From positions 6,882-70,881 of the forward strand of contig JBJXEX010000429.1 of NCBI GenBank assembly GCA_046156195.1: 64,000 bases of DNA. The letters are read 5' to 3'. Numbering within the stretch: the first letter of the stretch is position 1; each line of letters opens with the position of its first letter. Positions 55,452 to 61,051 of this stretch are shown here, in pieces. A program made the translations under genes and the position numbers. Under the pieces are notes generated by a model. That model was given only the letters and a program-made list of their open reading frames with translations. It was not told the origin of the DNA and did not search any database. The stretch is from Planctomycetaceae bacterium (GTDB lineage Bacteria > Planctomycetota > Planctomycetia > Planctomycetales > Planctomycetaceae).

Positions 55452-56360
55452 TCACGGCACATCGACCGACCACAAGTCCTGATGTCCGTCCCGTTCGGAA
55501 ACGATCACCAAGCGTCGGCCATCGGGAGACCAGCACGCGAAATCATCTTGCTCGACGTGATTGGTGATTCGCGCGAGGCCCGACCCATCCGGCGCGAGGC
55601 TGTAGATTTCATAATTGCCGTCGCGGTTGCTGGTGAAGGCGATGCGGCGTCCGTCGGGCGACCAGCGCGGGCGAATGTCTTGCTTGGGACTCTCGGTCAG
55701 GCGTCGAACATCGGTGCCGTCGGACTTCATCACATACAGGTCGTAGTCGCCGTCGCGCGTCGAACTGAACACGACCTGTCGGCCATCGGGCGAAAAGCTC
55801 GGCCAGTTGTTGATGCCCGATGAGTCCACCAATCGAGTCGGCTGCTTCGCATCGATGCCGGTCGTGAAGAGATGCTGACGGCCCTCTTCGGGATAGCTGT
55901 AAAGCACGCGCGAGTTATCCGGCGCGATCGCCGGGCTGTGCATCCCGGAGAATCCACCACCTGGCGGAATGTCGGCCTGTGTGCCGGTCATCAAATCCTT
56001 GATGACCAGTGCGAGGCTCAGGTTGCCCCGATTCTGCACGAACGCGAGATAACGACCATCGCGTGAGACTGCCGGCTCGAACTCTGACCGCGTTTCATCG
56101 GGATGCAGCGACTCGACCTTGCCGCTGGCGAGCGTCAGTTTCATCAGCCGCAATTGCTTCGGCCGATCGAGGACCGAGAACAGCAACTCGCTGCCGTCCG
56201 GTTTCAAGAAGACGGGATCACGTTTGCCCCGACCGTCAGTCGTCAGTCGAGTTGGCTCAGCGGCGAGCGATAGTTGAACGAGCCAGAATCCCGCGAACAG
56301 CGCGACGCACGAAGGCCAACGAGTCCTCGGCAGCGAAGGTTTTTTCTGCACTGCAATCAT
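55452..56360 (-). CDS. Secreted TolB-like beta-propeller protein (PD40/WD40-like repeats)
   Basis: Track ORF 55452..56813. ATG 56360 begins MIAVQKKPSLPRTRWPSCVALFAGFWLVQLSLAA. Repeated P.WSPDG..I.F.S.RDG..D.Y motifs (SFSPDGRQVVFSSTRDGDYDLY, RWSPDGRRIAFTSNRDGNYEIY, CWSPDGRRLVIVSERDGHQDLW). Confidence 0.8.
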   Translation of the reverse strand: MIAVQKKPSLPRTRWPSCVALFAGFWLVQLSLAAEPTRLTTDGRGKRDPVFLKPDGSELLFSVLDRPKQLRLMKLTLASGKVESLHPDETRSEFEPAVSRDGRYLAFVQNRGNLSLALVIKDLMTGTQADIPPGGGFSGMHSPAIAPDNSRVLYSYPEEGRQHLFTTGIDAKQPTRLVDSSGINNWPSFSPDGRQVVFSSTRDGDYDLYVMKSDGTDVRRLTESPKQDIRPRWSPDGRRIAFTSNRDGNYEIYSLAPDGSGLARITNHVEQDDFACWSPDGRRLVIVSERDGHQDLWSVDVP

Positions 56361-56450
56361 TTGAAATCTTGTTTTCGTGAAAAACTCGACGCTGAAAGCG
56401 CCAAGGTCCGAAGCGACCTTAACTAGCAAGTCTCTGTGTTTCTCGAATTC

Positions 56451-56519
56451 ACTTCGCGTTCTTTGCGACCTTCTGTTCCAAAATGCGTTTGAAACAAAAG
56501 GTCGCAAAGAACGCGAAGT
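56451..56519 (-). terminator. Near-complete 69-nt palindrome (20-bp perfect outer stem) in an AT-richer spacer downstream of the DUF1501 gene
   Basis: acttcgcgttctttgcgacc (56451-56470) pairs with ggtcgcaaagaacgcgaagt (56500-56519). The inner ttctgttccaaa / tttgaaacaaaa extend the stem with 2 mismatches. Confidence 0.5.
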
Positions 56520-56620
56520 AGGACAAAGTATTGCGAAACAACTTGTGAAACGGTCTAGTCGCCTTTGATTCCGAAAGTCGTTGCTGTTGAGACAAGTTTT
56601 AGCGAGTTGATTCGGTGTGC

Positions 56621-57958
56621 TCAGATCAGTTCGTGAATGACGCTGCCGCCGTCGAGGACTCGGAGTTCGGCGCGGGCTTGGGCATCGAGGCCGGCGAGTT
56701 CGCTCATCGTGGTGCCGACCATCAGCGGAGTGATCCCTTCCGTGACCGGGTCTTCGGCGTACTTGTCGCTCGCGCCGATCACGCGGCCCGTTTCGATGCC
56801 AGCTCCCGACCACAGTGAGAAGTAACAGCGCGGCCAGTGATCGCGAGCGGCTCGGCCGTTGATCCGCGGGGTACGACCGAACTCGCCCATCGCCACGACC
56901 AGCGTCGTCTTCAACAACCCGCGCGAGTCGAGATCATCCAGCAACGCCGAATAGGCTCGGTCGAAGATCGGGCAGTGCGTGTCTTGCAGCAACTCGAAGT
57001 TGTAGATGTGCGTGTCCCAGCCGAAGTCGCAGTTGGGCGTGATCGACTCGACGTACTCGGACCAGTTGACTTGGATGTACGGCACACCGGCCTCGACCAA
57101 TCGTCTCGCCAGCAGACAGCTTTGTCCGAACGTCGTCTGTCCGTAATTGTCTCGCAACTTTTGCGGTTCGCTCGACAGATCGAACGCCGCGCGAGCGGTT
57201 GGTGTGGTCAACAACCCATACGCTCGTTGAAAGGTGCGGTCCCATTCGTCGATGCCCGCCGCTTCGAGTTGTCGCGGCACGTCATCAACCAGCGACAGCA
57301 ACGAGCGGCGGTCGGAAACACGATTCGGCGTCAGCCCATCGAGCAACTGCAACGCGGGGATTTCAACCTCACCGCGATCCGAGCAACTGACCATGAACGG
57401 ATCGAAGGTCTTGCCGAGCGTCCCGCCGCCGTAGCCATCCAGCTTGCGAACGACGTCGCGCGGGATGCCTCGTCCAACCGACACGAACGGCGGCAGCGAA
57501 CCGCGATGTCCCCGATGCTTGGCGATAATCGAACCGAAGTTCGGCCGCACCGGTTCGGGCTTCTCTTTGAAGCCGGTCAGGCCGACGGTCCCCGCATCGG
57601 GATGTCCCGGTTCCGAAGTGACGTGACTGCGAATGACCGTGTACTTGTCCGATCGTGCGGCCAGCTTCGGGAGCAGTTCACTGACCAGCAATCCCGGCGT
57701 GCGCGTCGCAATCGGCGAGAAGGGGCCACGATATTCCATCGGAGCATCTGGCTTTGGATCCAGAGTATCGACGTGGCTCGGAGCGCCCCAAAGCCAGACG
57801 AGCAAAATGGACTTGGCTCGCGTCGTCGCCGCAGCCTGAGCAATGTCGTTCGAGGTCAACGCTCCGAGCGTCCAAGGCAACGTCGCCCCAACACGCAGAA
57901 ACGATCGGCGGCCGGCGCGGTCGCAAGTCTTCGCTCGAAAAGTCCCGACGTCGAACAT
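56621..57958 (-). CDS. DUF1501 domain protein (sulfatase-fold, TAT-like signal)
   Basis: Track ORF 56621..58090; ATG 57958 begins MFDVGTFRAKTCDRAGRRSFLRVGATLPW. ILLVWLWGAPSHVDTLDPKP, VAMGEFGRTPRIN and RDHWP are typical of planctomycete DUF1501 proteins. Confidence 0.8.
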   Translation of the reverse strand: MFDVGTFRAKTCDRAGRRSFLRVGATLPWTLGALTSNDIAQAAATTRAKSILLVWLWGAPSHVDTLDPKPDAPMEYRGPFSPIATRTPGLLVSELLPKLAARSDKYTVIRSHVTSEPGHPDAGTVGLTGFKEKPEPVRPNFGSIIAKHRGHRGSLPPFVSVGRGIPRDVVRKLDGYGGGTLGKTFDPFMVSCSDRGEVEIPALQLLDGLTPNRVSDRRSLLSLVDDVPRQLEAAGIDEWDRTFQRAYGLLTTPTARAAFDLSSEPQKLRDNYGQTTFGQSCLLARRLVEAGVPYIQVNWSEYVESITPNCDFGWDTHIYNFELLQDTHCPIFDRAYSALLDDLDSRGLLKTTLVVAMGEFGRTPRINGRAARDHWPRCYFSLWSGAGIETGRVIGASDKYAEDPVTEGITPLMVGTTMSELAGLDAQARAELRVLDGGSVIHELI

Positions 57959-58090
57959 GGTTGATTTCCGTGGCACAGGCGGCTCGCCTGTGCTCTTCGA
58001 AGCATCAGGCGGGCGAGCAATGTATTCGGCGCGGCGCGAACTCGACAGCCAGACTTCAACGTCGCGACGTTGCAGGCGAGCCGCCCGCAA

Positions 58091-59767
58091 CTACGAGGGG
58101 TCATACAGCGCCGCCAGTTCGCGTTCGTACTTCGCCAAGATGTGCCGGCGGCGAACCTTCATCGTCGCCGTCAGTTCGTCGGCCACCAGTTGGAACGGCC
58201 TGTCGAGCAGCAAGCAGCGCTTGACTCGTTCCGGCTGACTAACGACTTCCATCAACACGTCGATGCGCGATTGAATGAACTCCGTCAGCGCTGCCGTCGT
58301 CACAAAGCCGGCCGACACGCTCCAACCGCAGCCGAGCTTCTCCGCCTCGGCGCGCAGCAACGCTTCGTTCGGAACGATCAGCGCGCTGATGAAGTGCCGG
58401 CCGTCGCCATACACGACCGCTTGGTCGATGAACGGGTCGCTGGTCAGCAGCCGTTCGAGTTCGCTGGGTGCGATGTTCTTTCCGGCCGAGGTGACGAACA
58501 AATCTTTCTTGCGATCGGTGATCGAGAGAAAGCCTTCGTCATCGAGTTGGCCGACATCGCCAGTGTGCAGCCAGCCGTCGCGGATCGTCTCGGAGGTTGC
58601 GGTCGGGTTCTTCCAATAGCCCTGCATGACGTGCGGGCCGCGAGTCAGGATCTCGCCGTCGTCAGCGATGCGAACCTCAACGTCTTCGATCATTCGGCCG
58701 ACGGAGCCGATCTTGAACGACTCGGCGTTGTTGAACGAGATCACCGGCGAACTCTCCGTGAGCCCGTACCCTTCCAGCAGCGGAATCCCCGCCGCATGAA
58801 ACGCCTCGCACACATGCCGAGGCAACGGTGCTCCGCCGGAGGTGAGCTGCTTGATGCGCGGTCCAAACAGTTTTCGCAGCGACTCGTCGCGCTGTTGTGG
58901 CGGCTGGCCCGCGACGTTGTTCCAAACTTTCTCGTAGAAGCGAGGCACGGCGGTCAGCCATGTTGGCCGAATCTCGGCAAGGTTGCTGACCAGTGTCTCA
59001 ATAGATTCCGCCAGCGCGAGCGTGACGCCAGCCCACGTCGTTAAGTAATGATCGACGGTGCGAGCATAGATGTGGCTGTACGGCAGCCAGCTCAGCAACA
59101 CATCGTCCGGTTCCATGAACGAGATTTTTCCGGTGCTGGCCGCGTTGGTCAGCAGGTTGTCGTGCGAGAGCATGACCCCTTTCGGATTTCCGGTCGTGCC
59201 GCTGGTGTAGATGATCGTCGCCAAGTCGCGACCGGTGAGCGCCGCTTCTCGCCGAGCGATCTCTTGCCGTCCTGCTTCGCCGGTCTGCCAGCCGCGATGC
59301 TTCAGTCCTTGCCAAGTCAGCAACTTGAGCCGGCAATTCGCGGGGGAGACGATCGGCTCGAAGGAGACCAAGAACTCCAGAACCGGCAGCGAGGCCAACA
59401 CGGCGAAGACTTTGTCCGCTTGAGTTTGCCCACTGACGATAATGCCACGCGACTCACTGTGCCCGACTTGGTATTCGACCTGAGCCGCCGCCAACGGCGC
59501 GTGCAGCGGCACGTCGGCCGCGCCGCCACTGAGGATCGCATGATCGGCGATTAGCCACTCGAACCGATTCTCACTGAGAATCGCCACGCGGTCTCCGGGT
59601 TGAATTCCCAACGCGATCAGCCCGGCTGCGGCCTCGTCCGCTTGCCGCCGATAGTCGGTCCAAGTCAGATCGTGAAACAATCCGTCCCGCTTGTGACGCA
59701 GCGCGATTCGCGAACGTAATCGTTCCGCCGTGTGCCGGTGCAAATCGCAAAGATGCCGATCGTTCAT
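58091..59767 (-). CDS. Long-chain acyl-CoA synthetase (AMP-forming, FadD-like)
   Basis: Track ORF 58091..59965. ATG 59767 lies 7 nt after AAGGAGG. Motifs: AMP-binding IIYTSGTTGNPKGVMLSH, GYGLTESS, TGDVG, ITDRKKDLF. Confidence 0.85.
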   Translation of the reverse strand: MNDRHLCDLHRHTAERLRSRIALRHKRDGLFHDLTWTDYRRQADEAAAGLIALGIQPGDRVAILSENRFEWLIADHAILSGGAADVPLHAPLAAAQVEYQVGHSESRGIIVSGQTQADKVFAVLASLPVLEFLVSFEPIVSPANCRLKLLTWQGLKHRGWQTGEAGRQEIARREAALTGRDLATIIYTSGTTGNPKGVMLSHDNLLTNAASTGKISFMEPDDVLLSWLPYSHIYARTVDHYLTTWAGVTLALAESIETLVSNLAEIRPTWLTAVPRFYEKVWNNVAGQPPQQRDESLRKLFGPRIKQLTSGGAPLPRHVCEAFHAAGIPLLEGYGLTESSPVISFNNAESFKIGSVGRMIEDVEVRIADDGEILTRGPHVMQGYWKNPTATSETIRDGWLHTGDVGQLDDEGFLSITDRKKDLFVTSAGKNIAPSELERLLTSDPFIDQAVVYGDGRHFISALIVPNEALLRAEAEKLGCGWSVSAGFVTTAALTEFIQSRIDVLMEVVSQPERVKRCLLLDRPFQLVADELTATMKVRRRHILAKYERELAALYDPS

Positions 59768-59795
59768 CGCCAAGCCTCCTTGAATCGCGCGACTC

Positions 59796-60089
59796 TCATC
59801 GCGCGTCTTTGCCCAACCCAGCGGTCGCTTCGCGAAGTGCCTGAAGTTCTTTCTCCTTCGCGGCGAGCAAGCGTTCGCATCCACTGAGCAAGAACCCATA
59901 CCACGACACCGCTGCGCCAAGCACGCCGAGCCAGATGACATGGACGTTTCCATTCGCGAACCCATAGCCGATGACGCTCAACGCCACCAACTCGAGGAAT
60001 ACCATTCCCGTTGGAGAGGATGTTTTGCGATGCAGTTCCAGCAACGGAGCCGCGACTTTCTCACAGAGCGTTCGCGTCATCATCAGCAT
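59796..60089 (-). CDS. Small membrane protein (2 TM + short coiled coil), hypothetical
   Basis: Track ORF 59796..60143. ATG 60089 follows AGGAAAG and avoids overlap with the upstream gene. Sequence: ...GMVFLELVALSVIGYGFANGNVHVIWLGVLGAAVSWYGFLLSG... Confidence 0.5.
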   Translation of the reverse strand: MLMMTRTLCEKVAAPLLELHRKTSSPTGMVFLELVALSVIGYGFANGNVHVIWLGVLGAAVSWYGFLLSGCERLLAAKEKELQALREATAGLGKDAR

Positions 60090-60117
60090 CTTTCCTAAAA
60101 ATGGAGGGCGAATGCCT

Positions 60118-60498
60118 TCACCGATTCTTCTTCTCGCGAACAAGCGGCGATTCGGACAGAGTGAAGAGGATGATCTCTTCGCCGGTCGCCGTGCTGATGT
60201 CGTGGTGCAGGCTCAAGACTTTGACGCCGGTGGCCACTTCAACCATCTCGTCCAAAACCGGCCGGGCGAGTTCGACCAGTTGGGTGCGGACTTGTTTGAG
60301 CAGATCTCTCCCCTTTTCAGGAATGAGCGTCTTGACCAAGTGCTGTTCGGCGGCGGTCAACACGCCACGCAGTCGAACGAGGAGCATGTCGCCAAACAAG
60401 TGGGTCTGAATATCCTTCGGGCCACGGCCCATGTATTCCTGCTCGAAGCTCGCGATCCCTTGGCAGACGGCGGCTTCGATTTCTCCTTGCGTTTTCAT
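60118..60498 (-). CDS. DUF2294 domain protein
   Basis: Track ORF 60118..60603. ATG 60498 follows GGAG. Sequence: MKTQGEIEAAVCQGIASFEQEYMGRGPKDIQTHLFGDMLLVRLRGVLTAAEQHL. Confidence 0.7.
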   Translation of the reverse strand: MKTQGEIEAAVCQGIASFEQEYMGRGPKDIQTHLFGDMLLVRLRGVLTAAEQHLVKTLIPEKGRDLLKQVRTQLVELARPVLDEMVEVATGVKVLSLHHDISTATGEEIILFTLSESPLVREKKNR

Positions 60499-60683
60499 CG
60501 CTAACTCCAATGGTGGCCGCACGAAAATCTGAACGGCGAGCGTTTGCCGCTCATTGTAGTCATCGCAAAAGAAGAACGTAGTAATCGCCAAAGAAGATCC
60601 CAAACCCGATTGCGTTCTGGATTTCTAGCGATACAAGTGGTCCCATCGAAATGGGGTGGGTTTCAAAAACACTCTCTCGATGT

Positions 60684-60792
60684 TTTCGGATGACTTCATA
60701 AAGCGCAACTCGGCGGATGCCGGTGGGCGCGTTACTGAGTAAGCCGACGCGGCGGAATCCTTTCAAGGGGTTCGACCGCGTCGGCTTTTTTT
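60684..60792 (+). ncRNA. Candidate small RNA / attenuator unit A, ending in an intrinsic terminator
   Basis: Stem gccgacgcgg (60743-60752) pairs with ccgcgtcggc (60776-60785), followed by T7 (60786-60792). This is a paralogue of unit B, 114 nt downstream. No credible ORF. Confidence 0.45.
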
Positions 60793-60797
60793 GTGGA

Positions 60798-60906
60798 CTT
60801 TCGGACGACTTAATAAAGCGCAATCCGGCTCGTTCCGGTGGGCGCGTTCATGAGTAGGCCGACGTGGTGAAACCCTTTCAGGGATTCCGCCACGTCGGCT
60901 TTTTTT
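60798..60906 (+). ncRNA. Candidate small RNA / attenuator unit B, ending in an intrinsic terminator
   Basis: Stem gccgacgtgg (60858-60867) pairs with ccacgtcggc (60890-60899), followed by T7 (60900-60906). It shares the blocks ataaagcgcaa and ccggtgggcgcgtt with unit A. Confidence 0.45.
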
Positions 60907-61051
60907 GTTGTGCGGTGCTCCCAGGTTGCCCCAGCCGGCCTGATGACGCTCGGTCCCACGCACTCACACGAACGATGCGGCTGGTGCCTTTGCGAAGAGT
61001 GACATGTTGCCACTTTTCGAGTTCTCAGTCATCCACGTCAGGAGCGAAGTC

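Noticed and set aside
56837-57964. Plus-strand ORF of 375 aa, and 58070-59044 (324 aa).
   Set aside because: They are antisense to the DUF1501 and acyl-CoA synthetase genes and are Arg-rich.
60684-60906. Possible CRISPR-like or minisatellite array.
   Set aside because: There are only two units with a 114-nt period. Each ends in a stem plus T7 terminator, and there is no short repeat/spacer alternation. I treat it as a candidate RNA element instead.
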